Assembly (NCBI RefSeq): GCF_001194135.2
Contig: NC_068987.1
Location: 28,550,991-28,614,990, forward strand
Length of the DNA: 64,000 nucleotides
Direction: 5' to 3'
DNA from: Octopus bimaculoides
Lineage: Eukaryota
The stretch's first letter is position 1. Every line of letters starts with the position of its first letter. Under the pieces are notes generated by a model. That model did not search any database. It saw only the letters and a list, made by a program, of their open reading frames with translations, and was not told the origin of the DNA. Positions 24,830 through 38,751 of this stretch are shown here, in pieces. The position numbers and the translations under genes were made by a program.

Positions 24830-25420
24830 GGCGCAGCCGTGACTGTTTGTATATTTATCTGGTTTAATTTTGTTGTTGATTGTCATGTTTAGCAGTATTT
24901 CATGTTCTGTGATGAGAGACAGTGGGTTTGTTAGACGCTAATTTGTCTTTTGTATTGATGACAGTGATGTAACTGATATGTGTAACCTCGTGGCTAGTAT
25001 TGCATAAGTATCTGATGATGATGGGATGATATCAGTCTGATGGCACTTATGTATGTAATTGTCTGTGTGGCTTATGTGTATATCCGAATGTCGTTTAGCT
25101 AGAAGCTTAACTGTGTGACTCAGAGGAAGTATTGACTGTGCTACATCGATTTATAAATTAGAAGTTCTAGAACTTACTGCATATACTAGGTTTGTAAAAT
25201 TATCATTAGAAAATGTTGACTAGTAAAATACTTGAAACTTTACTGACAAGCAAGTATTTCACTAATCATCGTTGTCTATTGTTTATTAAGGTAGCATTGG
25301 GCATTTCTTATAAGACTGAATAACAGACAGTGGAATCATGAAGTTTTGCTGATGTAAAACGTAGGAGGCAAGATACGTGTGGAGGGTGTTTCATTGCTTA
25401 CGCTAACACATATTTCCTAT
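24830..25420 (-). pseudogene. Decayed Penelope-like reverse transcriptase fragment
   Basis: Motifs in expected order across frameshifts: PPTFYISK (PxFYxLPKxHK), IPL, AILAT..SVTSL (ILATxDVTSLYT), KYTNSHGCA (KYYxQxxGxAMG). Confidence 0.4.
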
Positions 25421-25749
25421 CTCAGGTTCGGGAGTAAGGAAGAAGGTTAGTGTTGTAGGCTAAATGCGTATTCTGGTTTGCAGAGTGAAGTAAGTGTGGT
25501 AGTAGAGCCAAGGATTTACACTTTCTTGAATGTTTAAGCGTGTCATGAATCTGTACAACGTTACTTCTTTTCAGTTTTTGTTAGACTTATCAAATCACAA
25601 TCGCTAATGAAGGAAAATCACCAACTTTGGTTAAAAACATTCTTTTCAGCAGACATCGACTTATTTTTCTCTCGTTTGTGGAACAGAAGCATCAATCGTA
25701 TCATTTCACACCCCTGCTCCTCTTAAGTGTGTGTTCTTATATATATACA

Positions 25750-25788
<39 letters not shown>

Positions 25789-26355
25789 NNNNNNNNNNNN
25801 NNNNNNNNNNNNNNNNNNNNNNNNNNNNNNNNNNNNNNNNNNNNNNNNNNNNNNNNNNNNNNNNNNNNNNNNNNNNNNNNNNNNNNNNNNNNNNNNNNNN
25901 NNNNNNNNNNNNNNNNNNNNNNNNNNNNNNNNNNNNNNNNNNNNNNNNNNNNNNNNNNNNNNNNNNNNNNNNNNNNNNNNNNNNNNNNNNNNNNNNNNNN
26001 NNNNNNNNNNNNNNNNNNNNNNNNNNNNNNNNNNNNNNNNNNNNNNNNNNNNNNNNNNNNNNNNNNNNNNNNNNNNNNNNNNNNNNNNNNNNNNNNNNNN
26101 NNNNNNNNNNNNNNNNNNNNNNNNNNNNNNNNNNNNNNNNNNNNNNNNNNNNNNNNNNNNNNNNNNNNNNNNNNNNNNNNNNNNNNNNNNNNNNNNNNNN
26201 NNNNNNNNNNNNNNNNNNNNNNNNNNNNNTATATATATATGTGTGTGTGTATGTGTGTGTGTCTGTGTGTGTGTGTGCGTGTATATTTATATAGGACACT
26301 GGCACAACAATGCACTAATATGTATATATATATGTGTGTTGTATACGTATGCATG

Positions 26356-26405
<50 letters not shown>

Positions 26406-27067
26406 CTCACACACACACACACATAGATGCGTATACCTGTGTGTTTGATCTGAAGTGTTATCGTTTTATATATTTCTGTTATTTTGTTTGTTCATGCTCT
26501 TTGTAAAATATTCTAATATCAGCATTCTTAACCTATTTGTTTAATTTGTTTCAGTTGACATTTCGACGATTTTGACAAAGATTTGATAGATTTTTATAGT
26601 TGTCAAAAGATATTTAACTTCTTTATGAAAGATAAAGGCCGGCTGACAACATTTCTGCTTACTTAAACTTGCTATGAAAATAAATAACGAGATTTTATTA
26701 AATGATATTCGCTTCACCTTTCATAGTTTAAAATATCCATCGATGTTAAACAATTGTCGATTTAGTAACAACTGACGTAGTCATGTCTCTGTTGTTAGAA
26801 AGTTCACTTTCTCACAACGTGGCTGTTATTTCGAAGGCAATGCAAGGTTCAGAGGGTAACTGTCTTCTATTTTAGCCATAGGACAGCCAACTCATTGTGA
26901 CTTGAATCTTTTTGCAAGACGGAACCAATCTTATAGGCCATTGTATATGTGCGCGCGCGCATGTGTGTGTGAGTCTATGTGTGTGTGTATGTATGTATGT
27001 ATGTGTATACATGCATACATATATATATATGCATATATGTATATATATATGCATATATGCATATATG

Positions 27068-27104
<37 letters not shown>

Positions 27105-27480
27105 ACTTGTTTTACTCGTTTAATATAACTTGTAGTGGTGATATATTAATGAGTATTTAGTGTTTTATTATTAACTTTTTAATGATGAAATAATGTATTT
27201 CACTTATAAAAACATTAGTTAAATTAATTTCAGTCGTGTTTTGTTTTGGTAACATTTTATAAGGTTTGAACATTCATTATGGTAGTATCTATGGAAGACC
27301 GGTGGGATTACTATTTGTATGGACTTACATATGGAACACAATTTTGCATATAATTTAGTTATTGCAGTTTTCTATTAATACCAATACAATGTACGTTAGC
27401 TTAAATTACACGTCGTAGTTTTAGTAAAGCTAGTGTTTAATCCTACCTATATATTGCTTGATTGAAATAATGTAGTTACT

Positions 27481-27881
27481 CTCTGTTTACTTGTTTCAGT
27501 CATTTGACTGCAGCCATGCTGGAGCACCGTCTTTAGTCGAGCAAATCGACCCCAGGACTTATTCGTTGTAAGCCTAGTACTTATTCTATTGATCTCTTTT
27601 CCTGAACCGCTAAGTTACGGAGACCTAAATACACCAGCATCGGTTGTCAAGCGATGTTGGTGGGACAAACACAGACAAACAAACATATACACACACATAC
27701 ATCTATATATATATATATACACATATACGGCAGGCTTCTTTCAGTTTCCGTCTACCAAATCCACTCACAAGGCTTTGGTCGGCCCGGGGCTATAATAGAA
27801 GACACTTGCCCAAGGTGCCACTGAACACGGAACGATGTGGTTGGTAAGCAAGCTACTTACCACACAGCCACTCTTGCACCT
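27481..27881 (-). mobile_element. SINE family A, near full length
   Basis: CATTTGACTGCAGCCATGCTGGAGCACCG ... microsatellite ... GACACTTGCCCAAGGTGCC ... CTACTTACCACACAGCCACTC (tRNA-like head on minus strand). Confidence 0.93.
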
Positions 27882-28783
27882 TATTAAGCTTTTACTTGTA
27901 TCTTACACTACGGGAAACGGTAGGTATTATAATTTTGTATGACTTAGTAAAGTTGTCGCTGTTTAGTTACGTATTTCGGAGTGGTTGTAATTTACTTATG
28001 GAATGTATCTATCGGTACGGCTGTACATTGTTTAAATGTGTTTCAAAGTGGTTTCTTTGGTTTGTTTGTTATCAAACAACACTTTTTTAGTGCTGTTGAC
28101 AGCACCGGATTGAATGGAACTGCCCAGGTGTCCAAACCATAATGATATCTGTGGGACAGCTGATGAGGGAGGTATGGTGGATTGTTGGTTTGGTTGTTTT
28201 TATATGTGGATTAGTATTATTGGATTGGACATGGCTGTGGAACAGTATTGTTTTGATATGTATGTATATATANNNNNNNNNNNNNNNNNNNNNNNNNNNN
28301 NNNNNNNNNNNNNNNNNNNNNNNNNNNNNNNNNNNNNNNNNNNNNNNNNNNNNNNNNNNNNNNNNNNNNNNNNNNNNNNNNNNNNNNNNNNNNNNNNNNN
28401 NNNNNNNNNNNNNNNNNNNNNNNNNNNNNNNNNNNNNNNNNNNNNNNNNNNNNNNNNNNNNNNNNNNNNNNNNNNNNNNNNNNNNNNNNNNNNNNNNNNN
28501 NNNNNNNNNNNNNNNNNNNNNNNNNNNNNNNNNNNNNNNNNNNNNNNNNNNNNNNNNNNNNNNNNNNNNNNNNNNNNNNNNNNNNNNNNNNNNNNNNNNN
28601 NNNNNNNNNNNNNNNNNNNNNNNNNNNNNNNNNNNNNNNNNNNNNNNNNNNNNNNNNNNNNNNNNNNNNNNNNNNNNNNNNNNNNNNNNNNNNNNNNNNN
28701 NNNNNNNNNNNNNNNNNNNNNNNNNNNNNNNNNNNNNNNNNNNNNNNNNNNNNNNNNNNNNNNNNNNNNNNNNNNNNNNNNNN

Positions 28784-28826
<43 letters not shown>

Positions 28827-29919
28827 TACATGTGAATGCATAAGTGAAGTGTGTACGCCTGTGTCTCTGCTTCACTATATCTGTGTAACAGCATGTTTAT
28901 ACACATCTAAAGCCATTGATAATGCATGTGATTGAAAGTGTACACATCGACGAAATCAATTTGTAGGGATATTTACTCTGCACGAATTATGTAGGTACTC
29001 CCTTACCATTTTCTCTGTCAACATGTAAAATGCCACATTTGCAGGGTTCACTCTCGGCTTACTATACCAATGCCGTTACTAATAGCAAAATTCAAGAAGA
29101 TAAAAATATAAATAATAACAAAAACATTCTATTACTGTTGTTTCTGAAAGAGAGATTGAGAGATTGAGAGACAGACATACAGAGAAGAAAAACAGACAGG
29201 CTGACAGCTTGACAGACAGATAGATAGGCAGAGACAGAGAATGAGAAAGACAGAGGGAGAGGAGATAGTGGATAGAAGTGCAATGAAGTTACATTCAATA
29301 TTCCTCATACGATAGGGCGAAAAAAAACTAACTCGTATATTTTGTGGAAAATTACTATTCAAAGAAGGAAATACTGGTGCTGCATAGGAAATTATTTCTT
29401 CTTAACGCAATAGCAGTTACTAAAGCCTTCGTTAAGTCGTAAAATATTTGTTTATCCATATATGGTAAAAAGATAATCATTTTCTCTAAATCTATTTTCT
29501 CATTCGTATATTGCACCCTCGTTGTTCTCTTTGTCTATTTGGGATGGTTTATTGGGATCTTAATCATGTGCATTTGCCAGACTATATAGCTAATTTATTT
29601 CGCTCACACGTACAATAAACACTCGTGCACACACACACACACATGCATACACGCACACAAACGCGCAATCGCATACAGGCATATCCACACATCCACACAC
29701 ATGCTGTTTAACACACGCATAATGGAGTAAATATGTGTATGCAATATATATAAATATATATGTATATATATATATATGTTACATAAATATATGTATTACA
29801 CATACTTAGACATACATACAGGCATATATATATATATATATATATATACATAGATAAATAGACAGATTGACAGAGAGACGGACAGACTCACAGACAGGCA
29901 GACAGAGAGACGGATATAT

Positions 29920-29941
29920 AGATAAATAGATAGATAGATAA

Positions 29942-30011
<70 letters not shown>
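29920..30011. repeat. (GATA)n microsatellite
   Basis: Read directly. Confidence 0.95.
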
Positions 30012-30014
<3 letters not shown>

Positions 30015-30971
30015 GTGAAGATACCCTTCCTTGGATCAGCATGCTGCCAATGAAATTCCATTATATTTAACACGCCTCTTTATGGCATCCGGCTGCCAGC
30101 CAGACCATAACTTTAAAGTCCCACCTACATTTTTTACGCATTGTCCTTTGGGATACGCAAAGGAATCCACTCTCTAGAGCTTTAATAACAACCAGTTGCT
30201 ATACACGTCAGCTTCTCACATTCCTACAATATGCACCTCCTCCATAGCAAATTATAAATATTTTCTTAATCCCCCATCTATCCTTTGTAAACTAAAACAA
30301 ATACATCCTACAATCATCATCATTATCATTACAATCATCGCCAGCTTCCCCAGCGCCACCAATCGAAACTCTAACAAATCTGCAGAAATCGTTGTTACTT
30401 CAGCTACTACGCATTAGATACCAAACAACCATCCTTTCGATCGATCCACACCTCAAACTCCTCCAACCATCATTAACACTGTTGCGGTTTCAACCAGTCC
30501 CTCCACTCGCCAACTGAATTATCAACACCGCCCCAAGTCAATACCAACGATCCGATTCTATTAACCTCCTCCTATGTGACCTCTTGGTCTTGTTTATTGA
30601 TTTAACTTGCTAGAGTAGGCTGTTGCCATTAGCCTAGCAGTTGGTCAATCCACCCAGACTGTTTCAAGAAGATATTTTCCCATCTCTGCTCCGATCTAAT
30701 CACATGGTATTAAGATTGACTGTAGACTGTAAAAGGAATACTACAGCGCCGTCGACGTCGGTCGATCCAACACTAAATAAATACAGCTTAAATCTTTATA
30801 TTGATCGTCGTTAGATATTTGTCGTCTCCAAGTCTCTGCCCTGTAAATAATTTATACGCACAATACATAAAATACAAAACAGCAAACAATAAAATTAACA
30901 ATAACATAATATGAACGTCAGCAACAAAAAGTCATTACAATAAAAGCAACAACAACATTATAAAGGAACAC

Positions 30972-31035
<64 letters not shown>
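30972..31035. repeat. (TAG)n microsatellite
   Basis: Read directly. Confidence 0.97.
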
Positions 31036-31036
<1 letters not shown>

Positions 31037-31039
31037 TAT

Positions 31040-31170
31040 TCTAGCTTTGGCACGAGGCCACACATTTGGGGGAAGAGTGATGTCAATTTAATCGATCCCA
31101 AAACTTGGCACTTATTTGATCGAACGTAGAGAGATGCAATGCAAAGATAGCGATAGTGGGATTAGAACTC
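31040..31170 (-). mobile_element. SINE family B, partial
   Basis: TTTGGCACGAGGCC, ATCGATCCCA, CACTTATTT, AGAACTC. Confidence 0.6.
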
Positions 31171-31181
31171 TGGATGTAGAC

Positions 31182-31207
31182 TAATAATAATAATAATAAT
31201 AATAATA

Positions 31208-31270
<63 letters not shown>
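31182..31270. repeat. (TAA)9 directly followed by (TTA)n
   Basis: Orientation switches at 31208/31209. Confidence 0.95.
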
Positions 31271-31699
31271 GTTGTTGTTGTTATTGTTGTTGTTGTTGTT
31301 TTTGTTATTATTATCATTATCTGTTCCAAAGGAGTTAAAGGACACGTAGTCACATGTGTAAACACATACATATGTACAAGCGCGCATACTCAGGCGTGCA
31401 TAATAAGCCTGCGATGAGGTTGAGACGCAAAACAATACGTGAAGCCTGATTAAATGTTGGATAGAGAAATGTAATGCAATTAAGTTAACACACCCACACA
31501 TATTTTAAAACCCGTCAAAAACGACCTTTATTCTGACGGCATTTCACTCTGAACACAATCTGCAGAATGTGTCTCATTAATCATAGGAGAATCAACAACG
31601 ATAAGGTTAAAATGAAAGACATGACAAAGGATGTAAAGATGGAATCCGAATAGATTTATATGTCCCCAGATAATATGTCCCCAGTTGCAGCGTATTTCA

Positions 31700-33600
31700 C
31701 TTTGTGTAATTCGGGGTATTCCACAAGCAGACAGAAGATAACTCAGATTATACTCTTATCTCCAAAGCATAGAAAGTGACCTATTCCAGGTTTTTTCCTA
31801 CTCAGAAAAAAACATCAAACTAAGTGTATGTGAAGTCAGACTCACCACTGTTGTCACTCACATTCAAAGTTAGTATCTAATCTACTAAAAGTTATACCAT
31901 CATCTTTCTCTCCCTTAAAAATTGGTAATCGTCACCATCTTTCAGATGAGTCCAGCATACTATCTATTTCACCACAGCTTCCAGGCCGGGAAGATGTCTA
32001 AGGAAGTTGGTGCGTCGATCTTCACTATAAACTCGGCAGAGAGTTGAATTCATCTTACATGTGACAGCAGCTGTTTGACACAAGAACACCTGTAAGAACA
32101 CAAGCCACTAATGCATAGACAGTGAACAATGGCTTGCAAGATGTTTTCAAACTTCTATACGCGTCTCGGGTATGTAAGTCTATTAGTGCTTCCCTATCTT
32201 ATGACCTTTTCTGGAATAAATAATGCTCCCTGTAGCTTTTTAGCACTACCGCGTCAAGAAAATCTGGAAGCTGTCCATGGTCTCTGGCTTGAAATTTCCC
32301 AAGAAAAGACAACTCAGACGCATTCCTTCTAGGACATCTAATCATCGTGTTTCGTGTCGAAGAAGTGGTCGAGTATTATTTTCGTCATCCATTGTTTGCG
32401 ATGAGTCGTCTACGCGCTTTTTCTCAGCAACTAAATACTTTCTTTTCTACTATATTGTTTTCTATAGCCATCTTTTTGCTAAAACTGACAGATATTTCTG
32501 TAATTATTCTTTTAAATGGATCTCATCACTTGTTGATGACCTCTTCCGCTATTCCTGCTTAACTTCTATTCTAACCCAATCCTTGAAATCTTTCTGCACT
32601 GCAAGAAAGCGTTTATCTATCAATAAATAGGTCCTTGCTTTTTCGTCTGTTCTAAGTTGACAGTAAAGATCACAAAGTTGTTGTCTCAGAAACCAGCTAT
32701 CTGAAACTGTAAGCAACTTACACTGCATATTTATGCTAGTCTAATGAATGTCCAATGTAATTATTGATGGGATGAAACAGAAATCTGGGACACCAAGCAC
32801 GTCTTCTGGAGAAGCGTTCCCGTTCTATTTTATTAGGTGTTGGACTTTGCACAAATTTTCTCCCCGTGCTCCTTTAGCATGGTTATTACCATGCCATGGT
32901 CTCTATGAAGAGTTACAATTGTGATCTTGACATTTCTCACACGACATCCCTCATATTTCTGTGTATCATCACTAACTCCTGGGTAGTAGAAGTCGTTATA
33001 GTCATCCTACGAGCCTTCTGACTGCTGTTGCAGAGAGCTACTACAGTTCCATGTTGCTTTCCTTGGCATCTGTAGATTACGGAGGGGGTACATTTGTTCT
33101 AAACATTACTCACGGCTAGGTAAAGTTATTCAGCCTTCCTATCTTTGCGGTTGATGCACTAGTAAATGATAGTTCTATTTTTGTAGACAAAGTTTCTACT
33201 TCCGGATGGAGGCCACTCAATACCATTCTTATACTTTTTAGTAACATTCGCATTCTTTTCCGGTGAATGACTAATCGTCTCTTCTGTGACATTCGTAAAG
33301 GACATTTTGTCCCGTAGTTATTTTTCATCATTGATGCTTTTTATGCTGCTCTTGTAGCTTATGTTACTGTTTTATGTTATATTTGTTGTCAACGTTTTTG
33401 CTGTTTTTGTGTTGTTGACAACTGTTGTTGCTGTTGTGTTTACGATATCTATGTTACTGTTACTGCTGCTTACTCTATTATTGTTAATGTTGGTCTCATG
33501 AACGTTATTCGAGTTGTTGATGTGAATGTTGATGTTGGTTATCTAGTTGCTACTGATGTTGTTATTTCCGTTTGTTCAATTGTTTTTACATTCTTTGCTA
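31700..33600 (-). pseudogene. Heavily decayed L1/Tx1-like LINE (endonuclease-RT region)
   Basis: Minus-strand fragments GQLPDFLDAVV (GxLPxxLxxAVI) and FIVKIDAPTSLDIFPAW (xLDxxKAFDxVxW) in expected order; many stops; boundaries approximate. Confidence 0.4.
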
Positions 33601-33606
33601 GTTTGG

Positions 33607-33794
33607 CATTTAGTCGAACAAATCGACTCCAGGACATTCTTTGTAAGCCCAGTGCTTACTCTGTTGGTTTCTTTTCCCGAACCGCTAAGTTACGGGGACG
33701 TAAACACACCAACATCGGTTGTCAAGTGATGGTGGGGGGACAAACACAGACATAAAAATACATACACACACACGCACACACACACACACACACG

Positions 33795-33856
<62 letters not shown>

Positions 33857-34006
33857 ACGGGCTTCTTTCAGTTTCCGTCTACCAAATACACTTACAAGGA
33901 TTTGGTCGAGGTATAGTTGAAATCACTTGCTCAAGGTGCAACGCAGTGGGACTGAACCCGGAACCATGTTGTTGGGAAGAAAGCTTCTTACCACACAGCT
34001 ACTCCG
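33607..34006 (-). mobile_element. SINE family A
   Basis: CCGAACCGCTAAGTTACGGGGACGTAAACACACC...GGGCTTCTTTCAGTTTCCGTCTACCAAAT...CGCAGTGGGACTGAACCCGGAACCATG. Confidence 0.92.
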
Positions 34007-34305
34007 CTATGTCGAGAGTCATTTAAGCATGATGTAGGAGGTAACATGAAAAATGTCACCATATAGTTCTCTCACTCACTTTCTCTTTCTCTCTTCCACC
34101 CCCCACAAATACACACACACAGGTTCGGTAGTAGTTGTGTCTGTATGTGAATGTCGATGTTGCGAGTTTCCGAGTTCAATATATACGTGTGTATGTGTGT
34201 GTTGCGTATGAGTGTCCTAGCGTATGTATGTGTATGTGTGTTTCTTGCACATGTGTGTAAATACAATGAAATTACTATTAGATTATTAAAGTAGCCATCT
34301 GTGTA

Positions 34306-34617
34306 TCATACTTTATGCAGATATATCGAGAGAAGGCGAATTTGCTGCGGTATTCTGTCCGGAGATAATATCTCTGATAAACATTCTGTTTTCAATAATA
34401 AAAATTTAAGAGCAGGATGCAAACATAGTCCTGCAGCATGGATGGGAGTGCTAGATTCGCATTTCTGCCTCGTGAGCTTTGTCAGTAGAATACTGAACCG
34501 ACACAGCCCAATGTGGAAGATCGGTACATCTAACATTCTCACTATGTCTGCTGGAAAAATTCTGTCTCTTACTCGTATGTTTGTGTTTTTAAACACAGTA
34601 TGTCTATAATATCCCAA
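34306..34617. other. Unassigned candidate exon; ORFs of about 100 codons on both strands
   Basis: Plus strand: ttatgcag|34321-34574|gtatgt. Minus strand: tttttccag|34550-34312|gtatga. No recognisable domain. Confidence 0.3.
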
Positions 34618-36604
34618 GTTCGATATATACTATCCTTTCATTTACTTGAGGACCATAAAACATGTTCTTACAAGCAGTAGTAAAGTGTAATAGGAGAAAA
34701 GGTATATTATATTAGCTGGATTTTGTTATGTAAGCAGACTATAGAGCCGAAGCGAAGCAGATTATTTGAAACATGGGGGTCAACAAAAGAATCAAAACCA
34801 CTAATGGGTTACTGTAGACCGAACAACAAGAGTAAAACTTATTACATGTGAAAAATAAGCAGAAAATAGGAAGGGAGTGAGTTACTGATATATGGAATAG
34901 TAGTCAAAATTGTAAATGTTTGCTAGGAAGAATACACAGAAAAGCAAAGGAAGACTCGGTAGTCAGTGTGTTTGAGTTAAGGAAAAAACATCGGATTTAC
35001 TGCTTTGAAAGGAAGGGCGGCTGTTATGTAAAATAAATCAGTATAACCAGACTATGAAACATAAGTAGATTTAGATTTACGGTTATAAGAAAATATATAT
35101 ATATATATATTAGGAAAATAATTATTAAATACTACCGTATGAAAGCAGATAAAACAAACGAATAGAGAATATTAAAGCGTAGACATAAGCTGAGAAATGA
35201 GAAAACTGTAAGACATGGTGAAATAAAGTTTACACTTGCTAGAACTCTAGAGCAGCAAAAATAATAGATTTCGAGAAGTTGTAATTAATTTGGGAATAGC
35301 AAAACGGTGTCGTTAAAAGCGTTAGAATTTTGATATCACTAAATCTTAAGGTGCGTCTCTCTGATATGCATGCAGTTGTTTTATAATACATTGTAATCAA
35401 CTGACAAATATCGTTGAACATTACTAATCTGAAAAAAAAAAAAGAATGTTCGCAATGTACATAATAACTTAATTAAATATTGACGTTTATTTTTGTTGTT
35501 GTTAATATGAGTAATATATAGCAAATGCCCAACTACGCGCCGTTTAGTACCGTATAAACACGTTAGTCTGGACACAAGAGAAATCAACTAAAGATAAACT
35601 CAATCCCTTACGCAAAAAAAAAAATGATAATCAATACGATTAACATTTGGTTCAACGTGAAAGGAAAAAGGAATGCTTTTGTGATGCGCACATAAGATGT
35701 ACGAAAAATCGGACTTGCAGAATTGTGGTCCGAAAGAAAATATATGCAGCGGTTCGATTACGGTAGACCAATGACAATCACTACTAAAGGGATATACTTC
35801 GTTTCTCTAACCCAGCAATTAAAACAGAATGAAGGACAAATAGATTTAAAAGAAACGCATTTCAACAATACATATATATTTCACAGTTACACGCAACTAG
35901 AGAAAGAAAGGTATTAATCTCATACATATAGAAAGAAATTAATCTTGATATAAATGTAACTTTGGAGGACAACTGCCGAATTCATTTAAGGAAATGTACC
36001 TTGTCGGAAGTAAAAATATCATACTTGCAATATAGAGTCGAAAAATATTTGAAAAAAAAGGAAAACCCTTTATAACAGTAGGAGTCACGGAAATTATATA
36101 AGTACGTAACTAAAGTACGAAGAAATACACAATTATACAACGTTTAGATGTCACTTGTAAACGCTATCCCTGCATTGGGCTGAGTAATTTCAATACAATA
36201 GAAAACCATATAAACAAAATGAAACACACCGTTATGAAGACATATAAAACTGATCTCCGTGGTGCAGAATATACGCAATAAAAATAAGGCTACAGAAATA
36301 TTAATAACAATATTGGCAGTTAAAATTGTTAATAATATTTTCCCTATCTCTATCACCAAAACCAATAGCAGTAGCAGAAACAGTGTAGATTAATGACACA
36401 AATTCTGCTCCACTAATATTTTACTAACTCGGTTATGTTTTATATGAGCTGAAGGAAGATATGTTTTAAGCAATATAAAGGATCTCATTTTTTTTTTTTT
36501 TTTTTCCTTTTTTTAATAGCAGATGTTTTATTACCAATACTGGAATTATGAGAGCTTTCCTTGCCTGCAGTGACAGTCACTGAATAACGCTGTAATTACA
36601 AAAC

Positions 36605-36635
<31 letters not shown>

Positions 36636-36691
36636 CATCACCATCGCAATTACTATTAATATTACAGTTAATATTCCTATTGACATTGTAG

Positions 36692-36862
36692 TGTGGCGAG
36701 CTGGTAGAATCATTAGCATACCGGACAAAATGCTTAGTGGCATTTCGTCCGTCTTTACGTTCTGAATTCAAATCTGGCTTTGCCTCTCATTACTCTAGGG
36801 GGTGGATGTAATCGACTTACACCTTCCCCCGAAATTACTGACCTTGTGTCAAAATTTGAAAC
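36692..36862 (+). mobile_element. SINE family B, internally deleted
   Basis: GGCGAGCTGGTAGAATCATTAGC...TTACGTTCTGAATTCAAAT...CCTTGTGTCAAAATTTGAAAC. Confidence 0.88.
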
Positions 36863-37182
36863 TGATATCTCTACTGACAGCAGCGCCATGAGAATTACAT
36901 GAGAAATGCAGTTGCGAAAGTTACATGGCTGTTCCCTTTTCCACAGTTGCCAGTGCTTACAAAATTATAGTAAGTGTCAAAAAGTATGATCGATATAACT
37001 CACTGTTCTCCTAGCTATAATAAAAACAGTTACTATTATTATAATTTATGTTATTGCTGTTTTGTTTTATACGAGACTTCTAGTAACAACAAGGTTTACA
37101 ATGAACAATATTTATAATTAGCAATGATATCTTGTACAGAAAGGACATCATTATCTGAAAACTATTATTATTATTATTATTA

Positions 37183-37217
<35 letters not shown>

Positions 37218-37390
37218 GCGACGAATGTTTAGGACGTTGGAAAAAATGCATAGGAGCTTTCGCTCTCATTACGTTCTTAGTTCAAATCCAGGCAAGGTTG
37301 CCTTTGCTTTTTATCACATTGGGATCGATAAAATAAGTACCAGTTGAACACTGGGTCCACCGAAACTGCCAGCCTTGTATCAAACATTTT
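37218..37390 (+). mobile_element. SINE family B, diverged, preceded by (TAT)n at 37163-37217
   Basis: TTACGTTCTTAGTTCAAATCC, GATCGATAAAATAAGTACCAGTTGAACACTGG. Confidence 0.75.
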
Positions 37391-38149
37391 TACCATTATT
37401 ATTGTGGCGGTTGTTATTCTTGTTGTTACTGCTGTTACTGTTGATAGTCTATCCACACGTATTGCACATCGTTCCCGTATGTTTGTTGTTATTTCTATTG
37501 CTACACAAAAGTTATAAATTGAAATGTTTTATCCTGATATTCATAAACTAACAAGGACATTAAGGAGCTGGTTAACGTTTCTCAATCTGTAGCCTTTAGG
37601 AACCAGATTGGGGTTTGTTCAGTAAATACGACCATCAATTATAGTTTTAAAAAAGAAATATGGTGGACGACGCGTTTTCCTCCGCTGAAAGAAGAGACAG
37701 TTGTCCGCAGAACAGAATAGACAAATTGTAAGAGTCAACAATAGCAGCAGCAGTTACTACAATGACAACAACAAAATCAACAACAATAACAATGCAGTTT
37801 GAGAAATGTATGAAAGTAATTTTCCGATGCTAAAGATCTCAGTGCTGCCTTCCCAAGAACAGCAAAAGGGATCAATGACAGCAATAAAACAACATCAACA
37901 CCAGCGAGAACATTGCCATCTCCACTAGCACTGCCAGTAACAACTGAAAACTCACCTCCAACAACATCATTGACGAGAAAAATATAATCAAGGAAAGCGA
38001 ACCATCCAAAGCAGCTATTAGCGGTTTCGCCCACTCGAAGCGCAAATAAGTGAAGAAATTTTTATAAATACATATGAATTTAAAAGTGCAAAATGTATGT
38101 TGGAGATATGTGAGTGAAATGTGGCACTGAATGTTCCTAGATCTGTCCA

Positions 38150-38400
38150 GCAAGAAACTAATTTGCTAATAGGTCTATACATAACAACTGGAACAAATAT
38201 GAAAAGAATAGAGTAGGAATCACACTAGCAGATAGAAAAAATCCTTTGAACAATTCAGAAGTACAAAGCTTATATAGCCAGGGTGGAAAATACGGGACTG
38301 CCAATGTGAAGTTTGCCTCAGAGAAAGAGGCCTAACATCACTCAACAACTACCCTAACAAGTGACGAACTCATCCTCATTTCTACTTACTTTTAACGAAA
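38150..38400 (+). pseudogene. Possible decayed LINE ORF1 fragment
   Basis: GKYGTANVKFASEKEA*HHSTTTLTSDELILISTY resembles ORF1 text I recall from octopus L1-like elements; recollection only. Confidence 0.25.
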
Positions 38401-38751
38401 ATAAAATAAGCAACCAGAAATTAACATCTGTTACTTGGTGGCAGGTGTTCTCTTTGACGCAGAAGAGAAAACCAGTATTTAGCAGGCAGAGAGAGTACAA
38501 AATAGGAACTGGTTAGGACATTTTATGTAATGTCAATACATGCAAGATCAGTCAAGTATCGAGTCCATCCAAGACATCATAACTCAACGATACGTCACAA
38601 AGCTTCACGTGGCTATTGAGATCGGGGATACAAATCACTTCAAACCTATTTCCCATAGCAAAGGAAACCAACATGCCTGACAACACTTTCGCCATCATCA
38701 TGATCCTTATCATCATCACCACCACCAGCATCACAACAACAACAACAACAA

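Noticed and set aside
28090-28260. DIIMVWTPG as a Penelope YIDDIFMIW motif
   Set aside because: A single weak motif beside a gap; not enough to annotate.
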